DNA of 32,000 bases from the NCBI RefSeq assembly GCF_018336915.1, contig NZ_CP064923.1, forward strand, positions 270,001 through 302,000, read 5' to 3'. Below the pieces are notes generated by a model, which saw nothing but the letters and a program-made list of their open reading frames with translations, made no database searches and was not told the origin of the DNA. A program made the position numbers and the translations under genes. This document shows, one piece after another, positions 1 to 9,685 of this stretch (within the stretch, counting starts at the first letter, position 1; every line of letters starts with the position of its first letter). Source of the DNA: Acaryochloris marina S15. GTDB taxonomy: Bacteria > Cyanobacteriota > Cyanobacteriia > Thermosynechococcales > Thermosynechococcaceae.

Positions 1-815
1 AAGTCTTGGGCTGCCGTTGAACTTGCTGGAACTCGGCTAATCCAAGATGTACTTCCTAATGCTTGCAGATTGTCGGCACTGTAGAGGGCACTATCAGCAA
101 CAATCACCTCTGGCTGTTGCTGACTCCACTGTTGCTTAAATTCATGGATGATAGGCACAAACGTACTTTTGTCCGCATCATTACCGTTGCCCACTTGTAA
201 AAATAAAGGAATACCCCCGTCCCCACTCACCAGTAGGTTCAATACAAACTGCTTGAGATCACGACGATTGTCCCGTGAGTAGCCGTAGGTGATTTTCACG
301 GGTATCGGCTCCTCTGATTCAGCCAGTGCAGGGGAGGGGGACTCAGGTGCAGAGGGGGATTCGTCTGACGCCTCAACCTGTGGTTTATCTAAGTATTGCC
401 CCTCAACACTAAGGCTTGTCGCATCTAGATGCGCACACCTTAGAGCTACATCGAATTTCTGAACGACTGCCATTGCCACATGGATAAATATCTGGGTCAC
501 ACCATAGGCATAGAGCTTGTCGAGGACTCGACCGATACGGGTATCGTTGAGGTGCTCTGGCAGTACACCTTGACCGAGTAAGTGCTCGGTTGCTTTGCTT
601 TCGAAAAACTCACTAAATAAGTACAATGGAGCACTCAAAAAGCCCATACCATTTAGAATCAGGGCTTTGACAACTTGACCACAACTAACATTCTCTTGCT
701 CGTGAGTACCTAATAATCGATCCACTATTTCGACAATGCCGATCTCATCGACGATACCGGCAATAATACCGAGATGGTCAATATCCTGAACGTCTATCTC
801 TTGAGGTGAATACAT
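1..815 (-). CDS. IS4/IS1634-family transposase, 5' portion; the ORF runs off the left edge of the window
   Basis: Hand translation of the minus strand from the ATG (complement of 813-815) is open to position 3: MYSPQEIDVQDIDHLGIIAGIVDEIGIVEIVDRLLGTHEQENVSCGQVVKALILNGMGF... This N-terminus resembles the DUF4277 region of IS1634-type transposases. Later come '...CAHLDATSLSVEG' and '...EVIVADSALYS', which look like the first two acidic DDE motifs. It is missing from the ORF track because no stop codon lies inside the window. Confidence 0.7.
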   Translation of the reverse strand, partial: MYSPQEIDVQDIDHLGIIAGIVDEIGIVEIVDRLLGTHEQENVSCGQVVKALILNGMGFLSAPLYLFSEFFESKATEHLLGQGVLPEHLNDTRIGRVLDKLYAYGVTQIFIHVAMAVVQKFDVALRCAHLDATSLSVEGQYLDKPQVEASDESPSAPESPSPALAESEEPIPVKITYGYSRDNRRDLKQFVLNLLVSGDGGIPLFLQVGNGNDADKSTFVPIIHEFKQQWSQQQPEVIVADSALYSADNLQALGSTSWISRVPASSTAAQD

Positions 816-857
816 GGACTTGCGTTGAGAGACAACCTCAAAATTATCCCTTGATGG

Positions 858-1340
858 TTAGTACCTGCTGAATGTCGGATAGATATATATTTTGTTCGTT
901 TTAGCATCGATACCAATCCAGCCGTGAATCCGTTGGGTGTAAGGACGCAGCTTAAATAATTCCAAGGAAGAATATTCAGCAACATTTACCCACCAATCTG
1001 GTGACGCTTGGGGGGCAACATAGTCAGGCTGAACTTTAAGGGGCAACAGCTTACCTCGCCAAGCAGACAAATCGTCGGGTTTGATCTCCAACATGCCAAA
1101 TGACACATAATCGCTGGGTCCTAACTGGTTGTCCCCAATTTGTTCTTCAAGAAAGTAGGCATTTTGCAATGGGCTGGGGAGCGGCTCTTGCGTGACTAAC
1201 AGCTTAGTGACGGTTGCAATCCGTTCAGATTTTGGACCTTCTATTTCGCTAACTGTGACAGGAGCAGACTTTGTGGAAAACCCCGGCTGGCAGGCTGTGA
1301 TTAGCATAGAGCCTAAAATCGTTAGTATTTTTTGCCACAT
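858..1340 (-). CDS. hypothetical lipoprotein
   Basis: 160-aa ORF. The N-terminus MWQKILTILGSMLITAC looks like a signal peptide with a lipobox-like ITAC. I recognise no other family motif. Its stop codon lies only 42 bp from the transposase start. Confidence 0.5.
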   Translation of the reverse strand: MWQKILTILGSMLITACQPGFSTKSAPVTVSEIEGPKSERIATVTKLLVTQEPLPSPLQNAYFLEEQIGDNQLGPSDYVSFGMLEIKPDDLSAWRGKLLPLKVQPDYVAPQASPDWWVNVAEYSSLELFKLRPYTQRIHGWIGIDAKTNKIYIYPTFSRY

Positions 1341-1522
1341 CCATCCTGTTCTCCTGGCTGGATTGAGTCACGGGGTATTTGGCCAGCTCAGCACAACCCA
1401 TAACTCATCCTGTTCTCTCCACGATAACAACAGGAAATTTAATTTTAGGTATAAAGTGCGGTTTTATTAGGTGTCTTAGCTGAAATGATAGGTATGAAAT
1501 GGGCTTATATTGGCTGTCTAAG

Positions 1523-3187
1523 TCATTTGCCCAATTCCGCTAGCCGCTTATCGAGCAGCATCAAAAAGGGTTTAATGTGATCTTGATCGGGGGTGTAGTA
1601 AAGGTTGGCATTGCCCCGGTCCGTATCCTCCCAAAATTTAGGTTGGGATGCCCGTAAGCGATCGCAGGTTTTCTTAATCCGCTTTCGAAAGGCCTTGTCC
1701 CCCAGAACGGCTATATCATCCAGGATGTCGGCGATGATACAGTCCACAAAATCATACTTTTGCTCTTTGAGATAAAACAGAGCTAAACAAATTTGCAGCG
1801 TGCGGACGCCACTATTGAGGTGGGGGTGGTTGAGGCTATCTGTTTCAATCGCTGGTGGCCGATCGACGAGTAGCATCTCTCCCAGCAGCTGTTTTTGAAT
1901 CTCTTCAGACCATTGTTGTTGATGGACTAGCACCAAGATTTTTTTCATCTCGGCTGCCACCACATCCACAATGAAATACATGGCAGAACTGGTCCGACCA
2001 TAGCCATAGGCTTCATTGCCATAAAGACGCAGGTAATAGAAGCTCTGCCAGGAATGATGGAGGCGGTGGTGGGTGACTAGGTTTTCAATAAAAGCCCGAT
2101 AGTGAAAGGCCAAATTATAGAGATTGCGAGCTTCATTATGTTTGACTCCATGTTTAAGGGCAAACCGGAACATGGTGTTAAAGCGAACAATAATCACCTC
2201 TAAGAGCTGGTCATCTTTCAGTTCAATCGCTTTCAGGCCAATATTGCTCATTTCCGAGGCACAGAGCGAGGCTAAATCAAACTCTGAATCATCCAAGAGA
2301 TGGACATAGATATTCCCCAGGAGGCGAAAGCATTTCTGCTCATAAAACGTTTTGCTCCGTTCTACATCCTCGAATTGATCAATCAGAGTTTTGAAGGAAA
2401 TATCAGAGCAAACCGTATGCCCCACCTGGAAAAACTTGGGGTTAATGTTGGGCTTTGTAGTGATGAACGTCTGAATCATCAGACTAATATTTTGAATGGC
2501 TTGGGCTTTGGGCTCTTTAAAGGTCAGGTATTCCAGCAAATTGCCTAATTGATTCAAAGACTCTAGCAGGCGGCGCTGGCATTCTTCTCGATAGGCATTG
2601 TTGTGAAGGAGTCGGTTGACGGAAGACCGCCTCAGTTTGTGGATATTGGCAATATGGGTATCTACAATCTTGCGAATCACCGTAATGGGCTGAATGCTTT
2701 TCAGGACATAGAAAATATAGGGAAAAGCAATGATGATTGACGCTGGTAGAAAGATATAGAGGTTTAGTATCAGGCTGGCGGGTCTGATGCTGGCTGTGTC
2801 TTGGTAATACTTGATCAGTAGCGCATGACTCCCCCCGATCATCAGGAACCAAATGTAGGTCAAGCTCACCCAATCCCGCATGTAGAGTTCTGCAATTTTG
2901 GGAATGGTTTGGGCGGCGACGGAGATGGCAATCACCAATGTCCCTAGGGTCAGGGCGATCAGAGATAGCCACACTTCAGGGGCAAAGCCAATATCAAGCG
3001 TCTCTAAAAAATTCGGATAAACCAGCCAGATTTGCGCAAGGGTTTGCGTTGAAATAGCAAATAGGCGGGTGCAGATGATATCGATGGAGATAAATCCCGC
3101 CAGCACCGTTAGAAAAGACAATAGGGAACGGTGCTTAGAACCGAGGGCAATGATTCGATGCAGCAGATAAAGGATTTTTAGATCCAC
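1523..3187 (-). CDS. integral membrane protein of unknown function (possibly DUF2254-like)
   Basis: 554-aa ORF. It has about 5 hydrophobic helices in the first ~170 aa and a long soluble helical C-terminal part. The segment 'LVIAISVAAQTIPKIAELYMRDW' resembles, from memory, the DUF2254 signature '...SQFGPRLLRNFMRD'. That family assignment is tentative. Confidence 0.6.
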   Translation of the reverse strand: MDLKILYLLHRIIALGSKHRSLLSFLTVLAGFISIDIICTRLFAISTQTLAQIWLVYPNFLETLDIGFAPEVWLSLIALTLGTLVIAISVAAQTIPKIAELYMRDWVSLTYIWFLMIGGSHALLIKYYQDTASIRPASLILNLYIFLPASIIIAFPYIFYVLKSIQPITVIRKIVDTHIANIHKLRRSSVNRLLHNNAYREECQRRLLESLNQLGNLLEYLTFKEPKAQAIQNISLMIQTFITTKPNINPKFFQVGHTVCSDISFKTLIDQFEDVERSKTFYEQKCFRLLGNIYVHLLDDSEFDLASLCASEMSNIGLKAIELKDDQLLEVIIVRFNTMFRFALKHGVKHNEARNLYNLAFHYRAFIENLVTHHRLHHSWQSFYYLRLYGNEAYGYGRTSSAMYFIVDVVAAEMKKILVLVHQQQWSEEIQKQLLGEMLLVDRPPAIETDSLNHPHLNSGVRTLQICLALFYLKEQKYDFVDCIIADILDDIAVLGDKAFRKRIKKTCDRLRASQPKFWEDTDRGNANLYYTPDQDHIKPFLMLLDKRLAELGK

Positions 3188-3534
3188 GGGTCAGCGGAGT
3201 CTCCTTTAAACGACTATCCGCTCCCAATCGGAACAAACTGTTTAGCAAAGCTAGGGCAGTCTGAAAAATTGGGAGCGGTCTAGCGGATCATTCAAGTTAA
3301 AGTCTGACTGCCGAAAGAACTCCGACATTAACTACTAGGTAGTTGATCAGAGAACAGTCTCGGCGCACAGCCGACCTAGCTTAACTTGATGACCCTGCAT
3401 TATACTACTATCTTGCATGGGCATCACCTCCTTAATCCCTGGACGGTTTATTCTCAAACACATCAAGTGTGGAATGGTTTTAAGATAGCACATCTATCTG
3501 AGAGTGCAACTGCCAAACGCTTAAACGGATTCTT

Positions 3535-4617
3535 CTAAGAAGAAAACTGCAGCCACGCTAAGCGAGTGCCGGGATAAAAGTGAGCCAGAATTTGCTGGTA
3601 ATTATATTGTCGTTGAGCCAATTGATTGGCGCCATTTTGGCTCATGCCAAACCCTTTATGAACCTCTCGTACAATTTGATCCGAGGCTGCGTAGAGAGAT
3701 TCCACCACTGCGCCGTTGTGGGATAGCACAATGCCTGCGGTTTCTTCGACCGCAGCTAAGGTAGAACCCGTTTCGGTTTCGATGCCTTTATAGGCTTGCC
3801 ATCGTTGAGTATCCCCCAGATCAAATAAGGGATTCGCTGGACGTGCAATATGGGCGAGAGCGTAGGAGCGGGCGGCAATCGCCTGAGATTTAAGGGCTTC
3901 CAGGGGCCATGATGCCGGCATCTCTGAACCCACAACGCTATAGAGGTAGGACTCCATATCGAGATGGTTGACGCCTGTGAGTTTGCCGTTATTGGCAATC
4001 ACCTGGACGGCTCCTCGGTACCAACGACCCGAAACATAGACGAGACCTGTGGCAGATTCAGGTTTAATCCACACGACGTTGGGAGCATTCTGAGAGCCAA
4101 TGCGCATCTGTCCGCCTTGGACCATAAAGTTCTCGGCGGCGGCAGGCACTAGTTTTTTGACGGCTTGACCTTGCTGATCAACCACGGTGGCGGGGGTGGA
4201 GGATCCAATGACTAAGTAGGAGGACTGCTGTGCGATCGCAACTCGAATCGGAACTCGGGGGGACGCTTGAGTGGGTTTTGGAGGTAACGCCAGCGCCTTC
4301 ACCTGATTGGCCTGATATGAAGAGGCCTTGCTCGTAGATTTTGGGAAAGGCGCAGCTGGCTTGGTCTTCGTAGGAGGTGCGGAAACAGGGCTCTTTATCG
4401 CTGCACTTGGAGGCGGTTGCGTCGGCACCAAAGTGGTTAACTCTGGTGTTGGAATGACTGGTGCTGAAGGTCTGACGGGTTGAACGCTTGATGTTGATCG
4501 GACTGTAGTTTGACGATCACAGCTACCCGCGATGAGCCCTCCAAGACTGATGGTCAGCAATAGAACAGCACTGGGAACAGAGCTGAACCCAAAAATCTTA
4601 AATTGAGAGCAAATCAT
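3535..4617 (-). CDS. SpoIID/LytB-domain protein (peptidoglycan-remodelling, amidase-enhancer family)
   Basis: 360 aa. It has an N-terminal signal peptide and a Pro/Ser/Ala-rich linker (aa ~45-115). The C-terminal domain contains 'MESYLYSVVGSEMPASWPLEALKSQAIAARSYAL', which is characteristic of SpoIID/LytB domains. Confidence 0.8.
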   Translation of the reverse strand: MICSQFKIFGFSSVPSAVLLLTISLGGLIAGSCDRQTTVRSTSSVQPVRPSAPVIPTPELTTLVPTQPPPSAAIKSPVSAPPTKTKPAAPFPKSTSKASSYQANQVKALALPPKPTQASPRVPIRVAIAQQSSYLVIGSSTPATVVDQQGQAVKKLVPAAAENFMVQGGQMRIGSQNAPNVVWIKPESATGLVYVSGRWYRGAVQVIANNGKLTGVNHLDMESYLYSVVGSEMPASWPLEALKSQAIAARSYALAHIARPANPLFDLGDTQRWQAYKGIETETGSTLAAVEETAGIVLSHNGAVVESLYAASDQIVREVHKGFGMSQNGANQLAQRQYNYQQILAHFYPGTRLAWLQFSS

Positions 4618-5052
4618 ATCAATAGAGATTAAAGATATTCAAAATAAGTCTTTTATCTTCTTTATTCTATCGTTTGAAGCCTTTATCATGATTTTATACG
4701 GAGAATTAGAAAAAGAAGAGGTATAGACTTATTCCTAAAGTGCCCGGTCATATTCAAGAACAGGTCAATCGCATCCACTCGATGTATCGAAATACAAGTT
4801 CATTATTTCTTGGATGCAAATATTAAAAAAATAAGTATATATTGCAAGATATTTTCTTCAAAAACAGAGGAAAAGCGTTATACAGCATCAATCTGCAAAG
4901 CTTTATATAGAGATCTCATCAATTGTTAAGAAACGCACCAAAAATGAGACTCACAAGAGGACAATGAGAGTAATAAAAGACTTTTAGTTAAATTCCTTTG
5001 TGTTTTAGCTCAGTTTTTAACTGATCCCCTGTGTGTTTTTCGATTAAGCCTC

Positions 5053-5571
5053 ATGAATAAGTATTGGTTTAATATCTCTAGATCCTCATCTCAGAGGGGA
5101 AAACGGTATAAAAGGTTACCGATTTATCTACTGAGTGTCTTGGCTTTTGTCAAGGTTGGAGTTGTTACATCCCTCTGTGCCCAGGCTCAATCAACGTTCA
5201 AGGGCGTGAAGCAGAATTCCAATAATGCTGTCGCTGTTTCACTTCCTCAATCTCCCCTCAAAGATGGCGTTCACCTATTTGGACAAGCGCGGGAACCTGG
5301 AAAGTTTCAAACTGAGTACTTGATCTTTAAGACGAAGCGTAATCGGGTCATTGGAGCCTTTTTTATGCCGTCTTCTTCCTTTGATTGCTTTGCGGGTAAT
5401 TTGCAGGGTGGGCAGTTGACCCTATCGATTTTAGAAAGTTATGAGCAGCAGACCTATGAGCATAGTGTCAACTTAAATCAGTACTATGCCATCCAGCAGA
5501 TCAACAATAACGACATGCGCATTCTTGATGTTTGTGCGGTTCACTCCGGCCATACTGCCCAAGAACCATAA
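5053..5571 (+). CDS. hypothetical secreted protein
   Basis: 172-aa ORF. It has a basic N-terminus, then a hydrophobic stretch ending in 'CAQAQS', which looks like a signal peptide. I recognise no family motif. Confidence 0.45.
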   Translation: MNKYWFNISRSSSQRGKRYKRLPIYLLSVLAFVKVGVVTSLCAQAQSTFKGVKQNSNNAVAVSLPQSPLKDGVHLFGQAREPGKFQTEYLIFKTKRNRVIGAFFMPSSSFDCFAGNLQGGQLTLSILESYEQQTYEHSVNLNQYYAIQQINNNDMRILDVCAVHSGHTAQEP

Positions 5572-5575
5572 GGGA

Positions 5576-6217
5576 CTAACGCAGCGCTAAAGTTGCATCT
5601 AAGGTTAAATCGAGATCTTGTTTGGCATCGATGACAACCACTTCTACTTTTTCGCGTCGACCGAGCAACCAGCCTCCTAAAGCACCGGCACCTGCTCCAC
5701 CTAGAACTTCTAGAACGCCGACATCGCCAAAGATCTCAGACAAGACCCCCGCCGCTGCACCACCCACTAGTGCGCCCTGCCAAATGCGATCGTTATTGCC
5801 TTTACGAATTTCTTCTTTGCGAGTGATCACATCAGATGTAGCATCGATATCCTGCCGGTCGCGGTTAGTCAAGATTAAGGTATTGGCAATAAACTGAGTC
5901 CCCTCTCCACTGGGCTCCAGTTGACCCGCAATGCGACTGCCTCGGGGAATCAAGATCGTGCCTCTAGAGTTACGGACATTCTCGACCACCGTCAACGTCA
6001 CAGGCAACGTTTCATCGGGCTTGAGAATGATTCGCTCAGCGCCTTGGTAGGCAGCAGGAATCACCGTGCCGGAGCTTAGGGCCACTCGGTTGGACCGGGG
6101 AAAGCTTTGGGCTTGGACTGGCAGAGCTTCCATAAGAGGTGCAACACCAGCACTACAAATCCCCAACGCCAATAGCGCTGCTAACCCGGCTTGAGAAGTT
6201 GGTCGATGAATAGTCAT
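5576..6217 (-). CDS. secreted protein with C-terminal glycine-zipper segment
   Basis: I prefer the internal ATG at 6217 because GAGGA lies about 10 nt upstream and it gives a clean signal peptide, MTIHRPTSQAGLAALLALGICSAG...PVQAQS. The C-terminal 'GALVGGAAAGVLSEIFGDVGVLEVLGGAGAGALGGWLLG' is a glycine-zipper type motif. Confidence 0.5.
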   Translation of the reverse strand: MTIHRPTSQAGLAALLALGICSAGVAPLMEALPVQAQSFPRSNRVALSSGTVIPAAYQGAERIILKPDETLPVTLTVVENVRNSRGTILIPRGSRIAGQLEPSGEGTQFIANTLILTNRDRQDIDATSDVITRKEEIRKGNNDRIWQGALVGGAAAGVLSEIFGDVGVLEVLGGAGAGALGGWLLGRREKVEVVVIDAKQDLDLTLDATLALR

Positions 6218-6310
6218 GGGATTGTCCTCGCATGAAATACGTTGCACTTTGTCCTTGCATACTTTGAAGACAAAGAGTTGACGAGGAATGTTCCTGACGG
6301 TTAAGGCGAA

Positions 6311-6775
6311 TTACGATGACTCTGACTGGACATAATACTGCTCTGCTACCTGTTTAAGCCGCTGTAACTGACTCTGCATGTCTCGACGAGTCAGTTTCGC
6401 CGCAAAGGTCTGAAAACCGAAGGCAACAATCGGATTCTCCATCCGAAACTCAAACCGATTAATCAAACGAGTGCCCCCAATCTCGGGTTGGCATTGCCAG
6501 CGATCCCGTCCTTGGAAAAAACCGTCAAAAGCCCAAACCACAAGCCCCTCCTGCCGTTCAATCACACGACTCTGTAATGTAGGATTGAGCAGCGGGATGC
6601 GAATCATAAAGCGGGTTTGGCTATCTAGCTGTGAACTCCATTCCCCTACCGGTTCACACTTTAGAAGGGGGTTGAGCCAACGATGCATCAGCTCTTGGTC
6701 GGTAATCGTTTGATCGACGATGGCAATCGGGGCATCGATGTAGACAGATTGTTCAAATGTGGTTGTGTCTGCCAT
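6311..6775 (-). CDS. SRPBCC (START/polyketide-cyclase-like) superfamily protein
   Basis: The start is moved to the ATG at 6775 (MADTTTFEQSVYIDAPIAIVDQTITDQELMHRWLNP...). The ~150-aa size and the 'F..S..I.AP...V...i.d...w..W' N-terminal pattern are typical of SRPBCC ligand-binding proteins. Confidence 0.6.
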   Translation of the reverse strand: MADTTTFEQSVYIDAPIAIVDQTITDQELMHRWLNPLLKCEPVGEWSSQLDSQTRFMIRIPLLNPTLQSRVIERQEGLVVWAFDGFFQGRDRWQCQPEIGGTRLINRFEFRMENPIVAFGFQTFAAKLTRRDMQSQLQRLKQVAEQYYVQSESS

Positions 6776-7037
6776 ATTCAGTAGAAAAACGGTTGGCAAT
6801 TGCTGAATCAAACACGATGTTAAAACAAGCAAACGTTGTGCGGCGCTGCATCGTGCAATAGCCTTGGCAATCTTACTTTAGAGTATGTAGGGGCGCTTGG
6901 GTACTGAATTCTCTTGGGTTCGATGAATCTGAGGTCTTCAGATCAAGAATGATTGCCGACACATTGGCTGTAGATTTGCCATAATCATCCAAACTATCGT
7001 TCAGCCGTGGAATAGCGATTCACCATAGGAGACAGTT

Positions 7038-8333
7038 TTGAATTTTTCACGACGCCATTTCCTCTCTATTGCGGGAGCAAGCTTAACGGGAACTCTCATC
7101 AGTGCTCCCCTATCGCGCCTATTTACCCGAGTAGCAAACGGTTTATCCATTCACACTGAAGGATATGGTCCGCTGATTCCCGACCCCAACAGACTCCTAG
7201 ATTTACCTCGTGGCTTTCAATATCGAGCGTTTTCCCATACTGGAGAACGGATGAGCGATGGTTTTCCAGTGCCTGCGAAACATGATGGAATGGCAGCCTT
7301 TCCTGGCCCCAACAATACGACTATTCTGATTCGTAATCATGAATTAAGTCCGAACCAGACCCCATCTGTACAGGGGGGCAATGCTTATGATTCGCAATGT
7401 ACTGGAGGGACAACCACCCTGGTGCTGAATGCCCAGCGTCAGTTAATCCGGCACTATGCCTCTCTGACCGGTACCTATCGCAACTGTGCCGGTGGACCCA
7501 CCCCTTGGGGATCGTGGATTAGTTGCGAAGAGAATACGTCCACGCCAGAGAGCGACCCGGCGGTTAGCAAGCGGCATGGCTATAACTTCGAAGTGCCGAT
7601 TCAAGCCACGGGACCAGTTGAACCCAAACCACTAGTGGCAATGGGGCGCTTTAATCATGAAGCGGTTGCCATCGACCCTGATAGCAATATTGTCTACCAA
7701 ACAGAAGATCGTGGAGATGGGCTGTTCTATCGTTTCCGTCCCCAGAAACCGCAAAATTTGCAGGCTGGGGGAGTGCTCGAAGCTTTGAAAATTAAAGGGC
7801 AACCTCAACTCAATACCAAACAGGATATTCCTGTTGGTCAACCGCTGCCTGTGGAATGGGTGCGAATTGAAAATCCTGATCCATTAACCGATACCGTGCG
7901 AGCGGAGGGATATGCCAAAGGTGCTGCTCTGTTTAGCCGTGGGGAAGGCATTTGTCTGGGTAAAGGCGAGGCGTTGTTCTGTTGTACGAGCGGGGGTGTT
8001 GCTAGCCTCGGCCAAATCTGGCGGTATACCCCAGATGCCGACGGGGGTACCTTGACCTTATTTGTTGAGCCCAATAATCCAGGAGTCTTGGACTATCCTG
8101 ATAACTTAACGATGGCTCCTTTTGGCGATCTGTTCCTGTGTGAGGATGGGCGAGGTGAACAATTTATTCGAGGTATCAATCAACAGGGACAACTCTATTC
8201 ATTTGCCCGGAATGCCTTAAATGATAAAGAGCTAGCAGGCGCCTGTTTTTCAACTAATCCCTTGACGCTATTTGTGAATATCCAGACCCCTGGGATAACC
8301 TTTGCTATTTGGGGACCTTTTGCTCAGGCTTAG
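7038..8333 (+). CDS. Tat-exported PhoX/DUF839-family phosphatase-like protein
   Basis: The TTG start has AGGAG 6 nt upstream. It has a twin-arginine signal, 'SRRHFLSIAGASL'. Motifs 'NCAGGPTPWGSWISCEE', 'GRFNHEAVA' and 'PDNLTMAPFGDLFLCEDG' match the conserved blocks of the COG3211/PhoX beta-propeller family. Confidence 0.8.
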   Translation: MNFSRRHFLSIAGASLTGTLISAPLSRLFTRVANGLSIHTEGYGPLIPDPNRLLDLPRGFQYRAFSHTGERMSDGFPVPAKHDGMAAFPGPNNTTILIRNHELSPNQTPSVQGGNAYDSQCTGGTTTLVLNAQRQLIRHYASLTGTYRNCAGGPTPWGSWISCEENTSTPESDPAVSKRHGYNFEVPIQATGPVEPKPLVAMGRFNHEAVAIDPDSNIVYQTEDRGDGLFYRFRPQKPQNLQAGGVLEALKIKGQPQLNTKQDIPVGQPLPVEWVRIENPDPLTDTVRAEGYAKGAALFSRGEGICLGKGEALFCCTSGGVASLGQIWRYTPDADGGTLTLFVEPNNPGVLDYPDNLTMAPFGDLFLCEDGRGEQFIRGINQQGQLYSFARNALNDKELAGACFSTNPLTLFVNIQTPGITFAIWGPFAQA

Positions 8334-8679
8334 ATTTAAAACTTTGGATGTGATCAAAACAATTTGGCTGAATAAATATAAACTGGTGAAGAAAAAAGAT
8401 CACATCGAGTGTCAAAATTCGGCAATATTGGGTCAAGATTATGCGAAAAGCATGTCTTTTGGATCTGAAAGTAGAACAGCTTTATATCTGTGGCCTAGCC
8501 GTCTTGATATCGATCACCATGGTTACCAGAGCCTTATGTTTTAAATAGTTATAAACAGCTGATGTTATCTCTAAGGTATGGATACCAATAAGTCTGTATA
8601 ACTACTCACTTTATGCGCCTAAGTTTGAGATGACGAGATGCATTAACGCTTCTTGTTTTACCCTAGTCCCATTGACTGC

Positions 8680-9564
8680 ATGGATTCAGAAACCAATCTT
8701 TCTTCGCTACAACTGACCTGCCCTATTTGCGACCAAAGCAGTGTGCGCTTATTTCGCAAGAATAGCTATTGGATACGAGAATGCGATCGCTGTCATCACC
8801 AATTTGCAGAAGAACAACCCACTGCCAAAGGTGTTAGCCAAATATATGACGGCCAGTATTTTCAGGGGGATGGCCCCGGCTATATCGATTACTTAGCGGA
8901 AGCCGAATTATTGCAACAACTCGGCCAATATTACGCAGATAGATTGGCGTATTATGTGTTGCCTGGCACCGTTTTGGATGTGGGGGCTGCTGCTGGCTTT
9001 ATTCTCAAAGGGCTGATGGATTCGGGATGGCGGGGAGAAGGGCTAGAGCCGAATCCCCGCATTGCTGAATTTGGTCAGCAGCAGTTGGGATTAAAAATGA
9101 CCGTGGGCACCCTCGAAAACTATCCCACATCCGATCGGTTTGAGCTGGTGATGATGGTGCAAGTGATCCAACATTTCTACAATTTGAAACTAGCGCTGCA
9201 TACCGCCAGTATGGTGACGAAACCCGGAGGGTATTGGTTGATTGAAACATGGGATCGCTCCAGTCTACTGGCTCGGATGCGAGGCCAAAATTGGCATGCC
9301 TATACGCCCCCGAGTCGTTCCCATTGGTTTTCGCCCCCCGAATTAGAACGCCTCGTTGCCCAATATGGGTTTCGGGAAGTGGCGCGGGGCAGCCCTAGCA
9401 AGTGGATGAATGGTCAGTATCGGAAATCGGTATTGCGATACCAACTGATGGATAAGGCTTGGGGAAAGGCCGTCGCCCAAGGCTTGAATTTGATGCCTGA
9501 CCAAATGAAAACCCCCTATATAGGCGGCGATATCTTTTGGGGTCTCTATCAAAAAGCCGTTTAA
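8680..9564 (+). CDS. class I SAM-dependent methyltransferase with N-terminal zinc ribbon
   Basis: 'CPICDQSS...CDRCHH' forms a Cys4-type zinc ribbon. 'VLDVGAAAGFILKGL' is SAM-binding motif I (a GxGxG variant). I chose the first ATG (8680); the track starts at a TTG at 8653. Confidence 0.75.
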   Translation: MDSETNLSSLQLTCPICDQSSVRLFRKNSYWIRECDRCHHQFAEEQPTAKGVSQIYDGQYFQGDGPGYIDYLAEAELLQQLGQYYADRLAYYVLPGTVLDVGAAAGFILKGLMDSGWRGEGLEPNPRIAEFGQQQLGLKMTVGTLENYPTSDRFELVMMVQVIQHFYNLKLALHTASMVTKPGGYWLIETWDRSSLLARMRGQNWHAYTPPSRSHWFSPPELERLVAQYGFREVARGSPSKWMNGQYRKSVLRYQLMDKAWGKAVAQGLNLMPDQMKTPYIGGDIFWGLYQKAV

Positions 9565-9685
9565 GGTGGGCTGCACCGCTGCCGTTTCTGCGGGATTTTT
9601 AAAGTGACGACTGGGGTCAAACTGCACTTTGGTATGGTGCACAATAAAGTGATGCTTGCCCAATTTACTTTCATTTGAGGTGTCC

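Noticed and set aside
2124-2972. ORFs of 61, 82 and 151 aa (2124-2309 +, 2300-2548 +, 2517-2972 -) inside the 554-aa membrane-protein gene
   Set aside because: All three are nested inside the long 1523-3187 ORF: two antisense, and one on the same strand in another frame. Their translations are Arg/Pro/Cys-rich or low in information, with no motifs. They are most likely shadow ORFs.
6833-7037. Search for Pho boxes (tandem PyTTAAPyPy(T/A) at 11-bp phasing) upstream of the PhoX-like gene, and likewise at 12348-12446 upstream of phoD
   Set aside because: Only isolated partial matches were seen (for example CTTACTTT near 6884), with no phased tandem array.
8347-8406. 9-bp inverted repeat GATGTGATC / GATCACATC in the AT-rich spacer after the PhoX-like gene
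   Set aside because: The arms are short and the loop is 42 nt, with no following U-tract. This is too weak to call a terminator or operator.
9565-9685. Search for a LexA/SOS box upstream of recA
   Set aside because: I found no convincing match to the cyanobacterial LexA-box consensus as I remember it (RGTAC-N3-DGTWCB-like). There is only a TGCAC...TGCAC direct repeat. This is not strong enough to report as a site.
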